DNA from: Octopus bimaculoides
Taxonomy: Eukaryota
NCBI RefSeq assembly: GCF_001194135.2
Contig: NC_068981.1
Location: 16,869,714 to 16,933,713, forward strand
Reading direction: 5' to 3'
Length of the DNA stretch: 64,000 nucleotides
The translations under genes and the position numbers were made by a program. The notes beneath the pieces were generated by a model, which saw only the letters and a program-made list of their open reading frames with translations, was not told the origin of the DNA and did no database searches. Position 1 is the first letter of the stretch. Every line of letters begins with the position of its first letter. Of this stretch, positions 1 to 12,788 are shown piece by piece.

Positions 1-1307
1 ATATATATATATATAAATATATATATTTATATAAATATATATATAAATATATAAATATATATATATATATATATGTAAATACCTATAAATATTTATGCAC
101 ATATGCATATATATATATATATATATATACATGTTTGTGTGCACTTATATATATATACATATAACTATATATTCACGTGTACAGAGGTACGCAGGGGAAG
201 AGAGTGATAGAGAAAGAAAGAAAAAGTGAGTGAACGATCGCCGCCATAGTTGAGTGAATTTTATGTTAAGATATTTAAAGTAACAATTGGAACATCAAGT
301 ATTCTCTTGTGACACCGGCTTAGAAATGGTAGTGACATTGCATTCTCAAAGCTGTTTTTCATGAGCGTTTGAATCTCTTTCATCTATCTATCTATGGGAG
401 AAAGCTAAAAGACGCATTCATACCCACTACTGTCTACACCAAACGTTCGTTTGATAAAGCGACCATTAAACGTTGACAACCAAAAATGATTTGAAAGCAT
501 CAGGTCATTTGTGAGAACATTGAAGCAACTTCAGTACCATTTTTGAAGTGCCATTGTACAGGAATAAAGAACACTGATCCCTCCCTACACCATATTTTGT
601 TTCCCCTCTACTCTACCTCTGTACCATATTGCTGTTATCATTCTTAACAATTTTCCATGTTTGTCGATCATATATGATAGCTAGATAGCAAATACGTGCA
701 AATTGACTCCGGAGATTTTGATATGCTTTTATGTATAGATCGTTTGAAAGAGCCACAGGAAACAGTATTGGCTTAAATAATCTATATTAAAGTAAGGGGG
801 AGGCGTTATAAAATACAAAATTATTTTTCATACAATATCAAGTAAAAAAAATAAATAAATAATAGATCAAAACAAACACATTTTCTAAACAATTTATTAT
901 CGAAATGCGGATATCCGAAGCATTGAAAGTGTCCATAGAGACAGCATAAACACAAATTGTTCTGATGAGGATATGTCAGGCAGAAAAGAAACCAAATGAA
1001 AGCTGTAAAAGCTGTTTGTATATAACAACAATAACTACAATGAAATATGCTTGTGTTTGCGTTGTGTTTTCTACTGTGTTGTCTGTTGTAATTTTTATTT
1101 TTTTTTTGTCATCCTCATCATTATCATCACTATTCATCATAGCATACGCAATTAAATACGCTTGTTTGTATATTTCTATATGCATAGCATGTAATATAAT
1201 ATATATGGAATTTCAATGCTTGTTTACAGTTATATGTGTGTGTGTGTGTGTGTTTGTGTGTGTGTGAGTGTGCGTGTGTGCATGTGTGTGTGCATGTGTA
1301 CGTGTGA

Positions 1308-1359
<52 letters not shown>

Positions 1360-1908
1360 CTATATACATATATACAAACATGTATATATATATGCATTTA
1401 TATACATATATATGTATGAATGTACATACGCACGCTCCCACATACACACATATGGAGGAAGAAAACGATTGGACATATAAATGAATATGCATAGTATTTG
1501 TATGCCTGTGTGTGTGTATGGATGTGCGGCGTACGTGTGTATACGTGTGTGTGCGTGTGTGTGTATGTGTGTGGCATCATCATCATCACCCTCGTCAATA
1601 AACAAGTGTCTTACTATGAACAATTATATGCGTGTTTGTATACTTCTATAATGATAATAATACCCATAAATGGGAGTTCAATCTTAGTTTACAATTATAT
1701 GTATTCATGTATATATGTATGCTTGTGTATATGCTGGTGTATGAGTGTATATATATATATATAGATGTACATATGCTTGTGTATGTGTATATATATAGAG
1801 AGAGATATATATATGTGTGTGTGTGTGTATGTGTGTGTGTTTGTGTCTGTGTTAGTGTGAAACTATGTATACGTAAGTGCCTGTGTATATGTATATACAC
1901 GTATTAAT

Positions 1909-1959
<51 letters not shown>

Positions 1960-2324
1960 TATATGACCATATATATATATATATATATGACCATTTCTGT
2001 GTAACCTAGTGACGATAGCTCTCCATTTTCACTTCAATGTGTACAATTAATAAAAGAGTTTGTGAACAATCTAATTTCTAACCTCATGTAAGGCAGTCTT
2101 TGTTGTAATCAATAGTGTGAAAATAGTCTTGATGTAGAATAAAATTCTTTGATCCAAGAACGGATGCCATGACCTTAAGTATAATGAATTACACTTGTTA
2201 GAGTAACACCATATAGTCATAGAAGTGAGCGAGAGTTAAATATATTTCCTTGTTAGGACGCTAGTGTATTATGGGCAGTCTTTCCTTTCGACTGTTACTT
2301 GTTATTTTTGTCCTACTTAGTTCG

Positions 2325-2470
2325 TGGTTGCGTGGTGAAGAACCTTTCTTCGCAACTGCCTGGTTTTGAATTCAATCCCATTCAACAACACGTTGAACAA
2401 ATGTCTTCCATCTTAGTCTGATGTCTATTGAAATATTGTGAAGAAATTGTATTGGCAGAAATTGCTTTGG
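2325..2470 (+). mobile_element. SINE family A, old degenerate 5' head
   Basis: GGTTGCGTGGTGAAG...AATTCAATCCCA...GAACAAATGTCTTC aligns by eye to the head of the intact copy at 42279. Confidence 0.5.
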
Positions 2471-3429
2471 AGTTTGTATGAATATTCGATTTTGTTCTTG
2501 CGTGGTAGAATTAATTTGGCTCTTGGTTTACTGTCGCGCTTGCTCTCTGGCTGTTTTAGCAGAGTTCGTTATGCTGTAAACACTTGAGGCAGACCTCTAA
2601 CTTAAGTATATTGTCTAACTCTCTTAGCGATGTCACTCTCATGTAGTCTAGAATATAAATATCTTGACTATCAATACACCTCTGAAACAGTGCATCTACA
2701 ATTCTATTATTTTGTACATCCTTCCTTTTGTTGAGATTGTAGGATGTGATTTAATGAAGTTTTGGTAGTTGTTTTATTGTATGTTGAGCGACTGCATATG
2801 AACTCCTAATCAATGCACATGCAACATTCCAATTTCTTTTTTAAATGTACCAGTTTCCCTCTTATCAAATTAACTGGAGCCAAAAGAAAAACATTCCCAT
2901 ACTCGCTATGTAGACACAGCATCAGTACAGTTATTCATTATTTGAAGCGGGGAAATAAACACACGATTTACTGGTAATTGAAATGCTTTATTAAAAAATA
3001 AGAGCGACATGGTCAGTTTGCCAAATCAAAATAGAGCATTGGGTGTAGTTTCTATTGATTTCTTCATTGTATATCAACAAGGGATTTTTTACGATGTACG
3101 CACAACTGCACTTTCTTTGATTTAGTTTTTTACTTCTTTTTGCGATACGACATTATTAGAACTTTACGTGTATTGTAATTTACGCTGTAAAAATTATTTG
3201 AAAATTACCAAAAATCATTTCAAAATGTTTATAATTATATTTGGCAATCTATTGATAAAAAATATAGTTTTATATTTAGCTCTTATTAGTTTCACCTTTT
3301 CATATGTAACACATTTTTTGGTTCCTATTTTTGACAAAACTTAATTCAGATTGGAATGTTTTCATTTGGAAACTTTGCCAGATAAGTATATCGTCGTGTT
3401 ACTTTTAACCGTTGTAGGCGGCTGGAGCG

Positions 3430-3800
3430 CTATATAACAGTATATCCGTATAACTGGATATCTGTATAACAGTTGTATGCAAAAGAAGTATTGTATGTCG
3501 TCTTACCGTAAGTTTGTATAACTATGGTATGTAGCAGTAGCACTATATAACTGTACAACCGTTGTATGCAGCAGAGATACTATATAACTGTACAACCGAA
3601 TAACTGTTGTGTCCAGTAGGATTGATGTATAATTTCCGTAATTGTATAACCGTATAACACTACAATCGTTGTATATATCAAACATATCGTATAGCTACTG
3701 CTTATTTTTTTATTTGTAAGCAACAGTGGTACTGTATAACTGATGCATACTTTTTATTCTGCAAGTGCATTGGGTTATTATATAACCGTATAATCATATA
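3430..3800. repeat. Degenerate minisatellite built on TATAACTG/GTATAAC
   Basis: Exact 20-mer ACTATATAACTGTACAACCG at 3542-3561 and 3579-3598, plus many GTATAAC variants around it. Confidence 0.6.
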
Positions 3801-4760
3801 AATGTGTAATGGACATTGTTTTGCAGCGAGGCTACTGTGCAACTGCTGCTTATTTCTTTAGTTGCCAAGGTATGCTGGATACTACCAAGAGTAAAAATTA
3901 AAAATGCAATCTTTTCATGCTAAAAGAATTATTCAGTCACTGTTGGGTACAAGTGATTGTTTCTTCCTTTTTCTTATGCGTACAGGGTAGTGACGAACAG
4001 ATTCGTTCATTGACCCTTTCATGTAACAGATTCCAAGAGGGATAAGAAACTAAACAAATAATTGACTGATATAAAACTTATCGACACCAAATCCTAAAAG
4101 GTAGGTTTGGCTTCGGCGAGATTTGAACTCAGTATGTAGGAACAAATAACAAAACGATTTCTATACGATACTGGGGTTACTACATTAATCGACGAACTTA
4201 AAGCCGATGAAGTAGAAATGAAACCAATAACTACGTTCATACTGAGAAAACAAAGAATGATATACTGACTTAAAGAAGTAAAATCCATTTTATATATTTA
4301 CTATTTACTTCTGTATGCTTTTTATATCAAGCGTATTGTCTGAGTAATAAAATGAAAACAAAAAAAAACAATTTTGGCCTTAATTACATCCTCGTAGAAA
4401 ATTACCAAGGTATTTTTTTAAAGTTTTTTTTATCAATAAAAATTTTATTTACTTTAAAATTGTTGCTTTAAAATTGATGTACAAGAGGTTAATTTACTGT
4501 AAAACCATAAAGAATTAAGACATCTGAATCATCTTAAAGAACTAAGAACATAGGCAAAGTCTCGAATTAACATGTTAGCCGCTTTGTATAATACTTTCTT
4601 ATGTCCAGTCTGTTGACATGTCTGTAAATCATTGACTAGATTAAAGTCTCATGAATGAGATAGCCGTCAGAGCTAACAAAATAGAGAAAATAGATTTGGC
4701 CTCCGTACCCCAGACCGACGGGGAACTTCATTATATGTATGTGATATATAACAAAATAAA

Positions 4761-4973
4761 AGGCGGTGAGCCAGCAGGATCGTTACCACGTCGGAAAAAT
4801 GATGTTTGGCGATATTTCTTCCGACTGTACGTTCAGAGTTCAAATATCGCTGGCGTCGACTTTGCCTTTCATCCTTTCGGGGCCGTTAAATACTCACATG
4901 GAGCAATGGGGTCGGTGTATGCGACTTATTCTCCCCACCTAAATTGCTGGCCTAGTGCCAATATTTGAAACTA
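4761..4973 (+). mobile_element. SINE family C, full length with 14-bp TSD
   Basis: AGGCGGTGAG head, B-box-like GAGTTCAAAT, core GTCGACTTTGCCTTTCATCCTTTCGGGG; ATATATAACAAAAT at 4744-4757 and 4974-4987. Confidence 0.85.
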
Positions 4974-5087
4974 ATATATAACAAAATGTAGATATATTCT
5001 ATATAAACCATAGCAATGATATAAGAAAACAATAGTCAACGAAGGGAGTATTTAGTTTAATATCCTAAATATAAATTATTTACTCAG

Positions 5088-5245
5088 AGGCGGTGAGGTG
5101 GCAGAAACGTTAACACGCAAGACGAAATGGTTAACAGCATTCTGGTCGTTTTCCTGTTCTGAGTTCAAATTCTGCCGGCGTCGACTTTTATTAAACGACG
5201 GTGCATCAGCATGGCCGAAGCTCTGAGCTGAAACTATAAAAAGAA
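5088..5245 (+). mobile_element. Chimeric SINE: family C head fused to family A tail
   Basis: C head up to GTCGACTTT, then GACGGTGCATCAGCATGGCCG...CTGAAAC, matching the A tail GGCGGTGCTCCAGCATGGCCG...CTGAAAC. Confidence 0.55.
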
Positions 5246-6532
5246 AAAAAAAGATATTTATTCGTTGCATTATGATGCTTAGCCCTAAATTTTTTGAGAA
5301 ATTTCTTCGGTTGAATCGAACTGAATACATGTCGACTTCATATTTCATTGATACTGATTAAATTAAAATCAACAGACTGTTCTAGTAAGACTTGAACTCA
5401 GAACATTAAGTGTCGAAACTAAATAGTGCAAGATATTATTTTCACCATCTGCTGTTTTGCCATCCCAACACCTTATTTTTTGTCTATAGAAGTATTGACC
5501 AGATTCAAAGAAAACATCAGACAGCTTATAGCTTCTCAACTTGGTATATGTAATCCTATTACAGTTTCAGAAATTCCTTTACAATCGATTGAATATGTTT
5601 AAATATATACAATGCAATAATTTAAACAGTGTGTCGTGTCTTCCGTGATTTTTATCAGGGCTTTCACAAAGCCTACTCTAGTGTCTACGTTTTGAAAAGA
5701 TAATATATACAACATTTAAATGAGAGAAGACACGACAAGTCAAAAACATGTTCTGTTTTGTTTGTTATATTTTATTGGGCTTTTCGTCTAGACGTTCTTA
5801 CACAGTAGGAGAAGTGTCTTTATAGATATGTCGAATCAGAGGTACAGAATCATTCTTTATAAACATATACTATTGTTAGGATATCTAGACTTACAGCCGA
5901 ATTTCTATCCTTGTAGGTGGGTATCAATTATACGAGTGGCGCGGGTAGTATTTGAACTTTGTCACATTGCTTATGTAATGAATACCTTACCTATTGTATT
6001 TCATAAATGGCATTTTATTGATTAGCCCACGTTGCGAAGTCAATAACATTTTTATCTCGAATTATATTTCATCGGCAGCACTACATGACTGTAGACCGAT
6101 GTCTGATGCAGTAGAAAATATTAAACGAAATTTTACTGGTCGAACTTCTCTTCTTGATAATCGCACACATACTCACACACGAATAAACATACACACCTAC
6201 TAACACCGATACAAACACGTTGAGATTTGTTTTGTTATTGTTTTTTTTTCTTTTTTATCACATCATGTTCTAGATGATTGGAGCACTGATAATGTTTGTT
6301 ATATCACAGCTGTTTCTCTCACTAGTGACTATTTGTATCTCACTCGACGCCGACTGTTAGCTTTGATCTAAATCTGAATAACACAGCAAGTAAACTATCA
6401 AAAGCCATTCAAATCAGTAATTATAATTTCCTCTTGATTGATTATCAGAGATTACATACTCTACATTCTGAAATAAAAACAGATTCGATAGGTTGTTTTT
6501 TAGTTTCGTATCCATACATGTCTATGTATCAG

Positions 6533-6587
<55 letters not shown>

Positions 6588-8709
6588 ATCTATCTATCTA
6601 TCTCTCTTTCTATATACATATATATATATATTCATATAACTGGTATTGCCGGACTGGTTATCATCTTCATTATGTAATCTTCAGGCCCTGTGGTCATTTT
6701 CCTGTTTCCCATGATGCACAACTCTTACTGAGGTTCTCATCACCTTTGGACATCATACTTTTCTCTCCACATTTTTTTGTTGTTTTTTTGTGTTTTTTCA
6801 CCACACCAGATATTTCCTAATAGATATCTTCACTTCGTCAAGACACTTTCACATCGTTTTCTAATGCTGAAATTACTAAGTCATACATTATGTGAATGGC
6901 TAATGATCTGGAGGATAATTCACAAGATAGTATTCAACAGGTATTGGACTGCCAACGTTTCCGTTACTGTACGGGTATCTCAATAGCTTGTTTCCTGCAA
7001 AATTCTAACGTAGCCTCCGCTTGATACCTATTTATACTGATCCATGGCACCTGAATTTCGTCATCAAGTCAGACTCAATATGCTCCTCCCTCAAATGTAA
7101 CCTCCCTAACTAATGTAACCTGCTAAAACTGAATTGTATCGCCATTAATCTCCTGCAATTATAGTTAAGTTCTTCTTCTTTTTATAAATTCCATTTCTAG
7201 AAGACATTTTTGAAATTAAAAATAAATTAAAACAATGACAGAGAGAAAATAAATACGCATATTATATATATTACATTATATTGCAATTGTTTTCTGATGG
7301 AATATTTGCTTGTTTTACGATGAATAACAAAAACTAAAGATATTAAAATATAATAATGTGCTACATAACTTAACAAAGGAGGATGGTTTCTAACAATGAA
7401 GATGAAAAATAGCATAATTAAGAATTAGATAGCATTGATTTGCATTTTTGGAATCATTGACAATATATTGTTGTTCCTTTGTTTTTTTAACATACACAAT
7501 TAAATGGAAAACAAATATTGCTAAATAGTAAAACATTAACACTTATAAAAGCCTAAAGTTAGGAACTGTCAAAAGTTTCTTAATGAAAGGTAATAAGTAG
7601 TATGAAGAATGACTAAGCGATGTTTAGTAATACTTTCACAGTAACGGTAAATCTGCTTCTTCAAAGCTCTATCTATTAATCTTCATTTTCTAAACAGTCG
7701 TTGCATTAATAACAAACATGTCGACATTTTGACGATAATTCATTTACATCATCCTAAAATTAGCTGCATTTGACATCGTGATTATTATTATTATTATTGT
7801 TGTTGTTGCTGTTGTTGTTGATATTGTTGTTGTTGTTGTCGTCGTCGTCGTCGTCGTCGTCATTATCATCATCATCATCTTCATTAATAATAATAACGTT
7901 TCCCTTTTTGCTTCCTTTTGACAGTAATTTTATTTTCAATTTTGATTAAATTTAAGCATTTATTTATTTATTTACTTTGCTGAACTACTTGCTATTGTCC
8001 TTTGGCAAATCTTTGATAAAACGCTGCGATGAGGAATGGACAGAGATAGCAGAGATAAGAAACTAGCCAGGAAGGAGAAGCTAAGAAGGGAACTATATAT
8101 ATAAATACGTACATATANNNNNNNNNNNNNNNNNNNNNNNNNNNNNNNNNNNNNNNNNNNNNNNNNNNNNNNNNNNNNNNNNNNNNNNNNNNNNNNNNNN
8201 NNNNNNNNNNNNNNNNNNNNNNNNNNNNNNNNNNNNNNNNNNNNNNNNNNNNNNNNNNNNNNNNNNNNNNNNNNNNNNNNNNNNNNNNNNNNNNNNNNNN
8301 NNNNNNNNNNNNNNNNNNNNNNNNNNNNNNNNNNNNNNNNNNNNNNNNNNNNNNNNNNNNNNNNNNNNNNNNNNNNNNNNNNNNNNNNNNNNNNNNNNNN
8401 NNNNNNNNNNNNNNNNNNNNNNNNNNNNNNNNNNNNNNNNNNNNNNNNNNNNNNNNNNNNNNNNNNNNNNNNNNNNNNNNNNNNNNNNNNNNNNNNNNNN
8501 NNNNNNNNACTTAAATGTGGCTGACCCCTAGGGGTGGATGTTACTGTTGCTTTTAGCCCCAGATATATATATTCAGATGGTGGTATAAAGTGTCAGAGAG
8601 AGAGAAAGAGGGAGAGAGGTGGGGGTTGGTTAAAGAGTATTTAAGAGGAAAGTTGTTTTATATCGAAGGAGGGGGAAATGTGAAATTCAAGCAGACTCAA
8701 TATTCATGC

Positions 8710-8945
8710 AACTGCTGCCGGTGCTGCCGGTGCTGCCGATGCTGCCGCTGCTGATGCGACTGCTGTTGGTGCTGGTGGTGGTGGTGGTGGTGGTGGTGAT
8801 GATGATGATGATGATGATGGATGATAATGACGATGGCGACGACTGTGACGGTGGCAATTATGAGCACTGCCATGAATACGAACTCGACGATGACGATGAC
8901 TTGGCCGCTTATGACGAGAGGAGAAGGAGAAGAAGGAGGATATAG
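8710..8945. repeat. Compound trinucleotide microsatellite (GCC/GCT, GGT, GAT, GAC, GGA/GAA)
   Basis: Directly visible triplet arrays; they explain the poly-V/M/D/P/S ORFs in the track. Confidence 0.9.
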
Positions 8946-9096
8946 GAGACATGCTGCAGAGTAATATCAATGTATGATGAGCATCTTATTATTATTCGAA
9001 ACATCTTGTCACTTTATGCTTTCATCGTACAACCAAACCCAGTTCTGTGTACCTTGGTCACATGCAGTGGTAGTTTTTTTTCTCTGCATTATATAA

Positions 9097-9430
9097 ACAA
9101 ATCAACCCCAGGACTTATTCTTTGTAAGCCTAGTACTTATTTTGTCGGCATCTGTTACCCAAACCGCTACGTTACAGGAACGTAAACACTCCAGCATCAA
9201 GTGTCAAAATGATGGCTGGGAACAAACACACACACACACATACATACATATATATATATATATGCACGACGGGCTTCTTTCAGTTTCCATCTACAAAATC
9301 CACTCACAAGGCTTTAGTCGGCACGAGGCTACAGGAGAAGACACTTGGCCAAGGTGTCACGCAGTGGGACTGAACCCGGAACCATGTGGTTGAGAAGCAA
9401 GCTTCTTACCACACAGCCACTCCTGCGCTT
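9097..9430 (-). mobile_element. SINE family A, near full length
   Basis: Reverse complement of the 42279 copy: CCCCAGGACTTATTCTTTGTAAGCCTAGTACTTAT ... internal (CA)/(TA) ... CCAAGGTGTCACGCAGTGGGACTGAACCCGGAACC ... CCACACAGCCACTCCTGCGC. Confidence 0.9.
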
Positions 9431-10246
9431 GTAGCCATTCTATTATATAAACGTGCGTGTGAGTGGCTGTGTGCTCTTGTGTTTGTATGAGAGCGTGCGT
9501 GTGGGTTTGTGTATAAGTGTGTGTGTGTGCGCGCCTGTTCACGTGTGATGTAGTACGAAGTAGAGTTGAATCAAATATTTAACACGTTTGAGTGCACTCG
9601 GACGTAATAAAACCTTCCACTGCAGAAGTTTCTTTTTCTAGAGATATTGAAAACCCATAGTGGGCTGTGAATGACGTCAAGGCATCTTACAACGAAGACA
9701 CTTCTGCTTTCTTTCGGATTACAAATCCATAATTCCCAGATCGATAAGAAGGAAATTATCCTTATTAAAATTGCATATGCTAGATTTATTGATGTGCGAA
9801 AAGTTTGATCAAGTTAGAATTGCATATATAATGTCGAATGCTGCTCAAAGCAGCACATGAACAAAATATATTCATATAATCTCAGACCTTGAACAGACGA
9901 ATATATANNNNNNNNNNNNNNNNNNNNNNNNNNNNNNNNNNNNNNNNNNNNNNNNNNNNNNNNNNNNNNNNNNNNNNNNNNNNNNNNNNNNNNNNNNNNN
10001 NNNNNNNNNNNNNNNNNNNNNNNNNNNNNNNNNNNNNNNNNNNNNNNNNNNNNNNNNNNNNNNNNNNNNNNNNNNNNNNNNNNNNNNNNNNNNNNNNNNN
10101 NNNNNNNNNNNNNNNNNNNNNNNNNNNNNNNNNNNNNNNNNNNNNNNNNNNNNNNNNNNNNNNNNNNNNNNNNNNNNNNNNNNNNNNNNNNNNNNNNNNN
10201 NNNNNNNNNNNNNNNNNNNNNNNNNNNNNNNNNNNNNNNNNNNNNN

Positions 10247-10282
<36 letters not shown>

Positions 10283-10342
10283 GCACGTGTTTGTGTGTGT
10301 GTGTGCGCGTGCGCGTGCGTGCATGTGTGTGTGTGTGTGTGT

Positions 10343-10572
10343 GTGTCTTTGTGTCTGTTTGTCCCCCACCATCACTTGACAACCGATGTTGGTGTGTTTA
10401 TGTCACCGTAACGTAGCGGTTCGGCATAAGTAACCGATAGAATAAGTACTAAGCTTACGAAGAATAAATTCTGACGTCGATTTCTTCGAGTAAAACAACA
10501 CTTCAAGGCGGTGCTCCAGTATGACCACAGACAAAAATGACTGAAACAAGTAAAAGAATAAAAGGATAAAAG
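10343..10572 (+). mobile_element. SINE family A, 3' half
   Basis: TTGACAACCGATG...TAGCGGTTCGGCA...CGATAGAATAAGTACT...AAGGCGGTGCTCCAG...GACTGAAACAAGTAAAAGA. Confidence 0.85.
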
Positions 10573-10630
<58 letters not shown>

Positions 10631-10649
10631 TGCAAGACTAGCCAAAAAC

Positions 10650-10859
10650 ACCCGACAGTAAATAAAATTCCATAAATACTATCTATAATGCTGTATTGAC
10701 TCGAATGGAAAAATGCGTCGCTCAAGAAGTACTTTGAACAATTTTCATGATGTTTCATATTTACATGTTTTTTATTAAATTCATTCACTTGTTAAACATA
10801 AATAAATCTTGGTATTAAATGGTTTTGATTTACTATCAGGTGACTTTTGGCCAACCCTG
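10650..10859 (+). mobile_element. 3' end of a Tc1/maT-type DNA transposon
   Basis: Ends GGCCAACCCTG followed by TA (reverse complement TA-CAGGGTTGGCC, a Tc1/maT-type terminus); upstream RMEKCVAQ resembles a transposase C-terminus. Confidence 0.4.
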
Positions 10860-11169
10860 TATACATTCTACTATACTGGAAGCTGACTTGATAATTAACG
10901 TGTGGCACTAACTAATACAGCAGTCGCCGTTCATCTAGCTGTACACACAAGATACATACCTATGTACGCGTATAGACAGACAGACAGACAGACAGACAGA
11001 TAGATAGATAGATAAATCATACCAAGTATATATATATATATATATATAGTGCTTTTCTTGTCGCAAGCGAGAGATGGGTATTTTGCATCTTTTTACTGTA
11101 CAATTTGCACGGGGGATTTGTTTATAATGATGAAATCCTCGCACTGTATAGAAGCTCATCTCTCTACAA

Positions 11170-11340
11170 ATCATCATTACCTGTGCAGGTACACATTATG
11201 CCACACGACTGATGTGATAGCATAGCAGAGTGAAATGAAGAGTTTTGCTCAAGAACACGATGCATCTCTTGGTCTGAGAATCGAAACCCCGATCGCAAGA
11301 AATTGAGTGTAACACCTAACAAATAGGCCACACGTCCTCA
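11170..11340 (-). mobile_element. SINE family B, degenerate head
   Basis: Reverse complement contains GTGTGGCCTATTTGTTAGG, TTCGATTCTC and GTGTTCTTGAGCAAAACTCTTCATTTC, similar to the 14684 copy. Confidence 0.6.
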
Positions 11341-11379
11341 GTGATGCATTTCTTTCCATACCACTGATACACTGACACT

Positions 11380-12340
11380 TTATTCACATATGTAGGTTAC
11401 TTTTCTGTGGAAAGCTTTCAATTCGAACTGCTTTTAAAGATCCGTCTCTGTCGATTTTAGATTCTGCTCCACACAGAATATGTTAGGTTTTCCTAAAATA
11501 CAACTGTTTTGTCCTGTCTTTGCAGATATTGGCGAAGTAGAGACTTTTACTGTTCACTTCTTAGAATGGCACATAATAATCTCATTTTCAAGTAACGTAT
11601 AGTCTTTAGAAGTTTCTGTTGGGATTTTCCATACTCCCCAGAGCTGTCAATAGATATTTTATAATTTTCTATTTGCTGAAAGTTCTGCAGCGATCTATAC
11701 CTGTGAGAAATGTCCATCTCTATCTGACTTTTGGTGTTATATAAGAAACGTAGTCATTATTCTTCTTGCTTTCCTGTCTAGCCTTGCTAATTAACTTGAT
11801 AATTTTTGCTAATTTGTTTGAAGTTGAGACTATCATAACTATATCTTATTACATAAACATCTAGAGTACTAAAACCTATTCCTTTATATTTTTTCGAATA
11901 TAACATTGTTTTAAGTATTAATCTAATGAGTCAATAGTATTCCTTTCTAACCTCGTCTTCGTTTTGTCTATATTCAGTTCATTAATTCCTAACCATTTGG
12001 AAGTCTGTGTTTGGTATAATTCTTTTGTCTGTTTCGTTATCTAAAATGATATAAGTGGTATTTTTGCTTGCTGCTTTACTTTGTCATTACTACTAACACT
12101 ACAACAGCAACAACTACTACTAATACTACTGCTGCTACTTCTTATTTCAAATTTGTTGAAGTTAATTCTTCTAAACCGAGTTTCACGTCTATTGTTGACT
12201 ACATACATATACTGGGTGTAACTGATTTTCTAGTAACTAGGACATGGATGATTGCCAAGTCATCATATTTGAAACAACTTTAGTGTTATTAGTACGTCCA
12301 GCTTACCTGATTTAGAACCAGGAAGTAAATGAGTGGAGAA
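11380..12340 (-). mobile_element. R4/Dong-clade non-LTR retrotransposon remnant, RT domains 4-7 and thumb (distal part of split copy)
   Basis: Manual minus-strand translation with stops and frameshifts: SPLIYFLVLNQVS, YDDL, VRKEYY*LIRLILKTML, RLDRKARRIMT...HQKSD; same motifs as the less decayed 20642-21933 copy. Confidence 0.7.
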
Positions 12341-12407
12341 TTCGTGTGTGTTTAGACAGCCTTTCTCCACTCATTAGAAAAACATTTTTCAATCACATCC
12401 ATAACCT

Positions 12408-12608
12408 TTTATTTTTTACATGTCTTAGTCGTTGTCCTGCGGCCATGCTGGATCATTGTCTTGAAGTGTTTACTCGAACGAAACAGCCCCAGTACTTATT
12501 TTTTAAGTATAGTACTTACTCTTCCGATTTCTTTTGCAAAATCGGTTTCTTACACGGATGTAAACAAACCACCGCCGGTCATCAAGCGGTAACGGTACAT
12601 ACACAAAG

Positions 12609-12610
<2 letters not shown>
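12408..12610 (-). mobile_element. SINE family A, 3' half (split copy; head at 15063-15175)
   Basis: CTGCGGCCATGCTGG...CCCCAGTACTTATT...GTAAACAAACC, followed by (CA)n. Confidence 0.75.
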
Positions 12611-12651
<41 letters not shown>

Positions 12652-12788
12652 CACACACACGCACGTACACAAACACACACACACACACACACACACANNN
12701 NNNNNNNNNNNNNNNNNNNNNNNNNNNNNNNNNNNNNNNNNNNNNNNNNNNNNNNNNNNNNNNNNNNNNNNNNNNNNNNNNNNNNNNN

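Noticed and set aside
400-830. Possible old mariner C-terminal remnant (KRP..., PLYS...YH)
   Set aside because: The similarity is too weak by eye and needs a profile search.
6640-7190. Possible decayed RT or transposase fragment on the minus strand
   Set aside because: Candidate motifs from different families conflict and none is convincing.
8704-8970. GC-richer ORFs with poly-Pro/Ala/Asp
   Set aside because: They are entirely explained by compound trinucleotide repeats.
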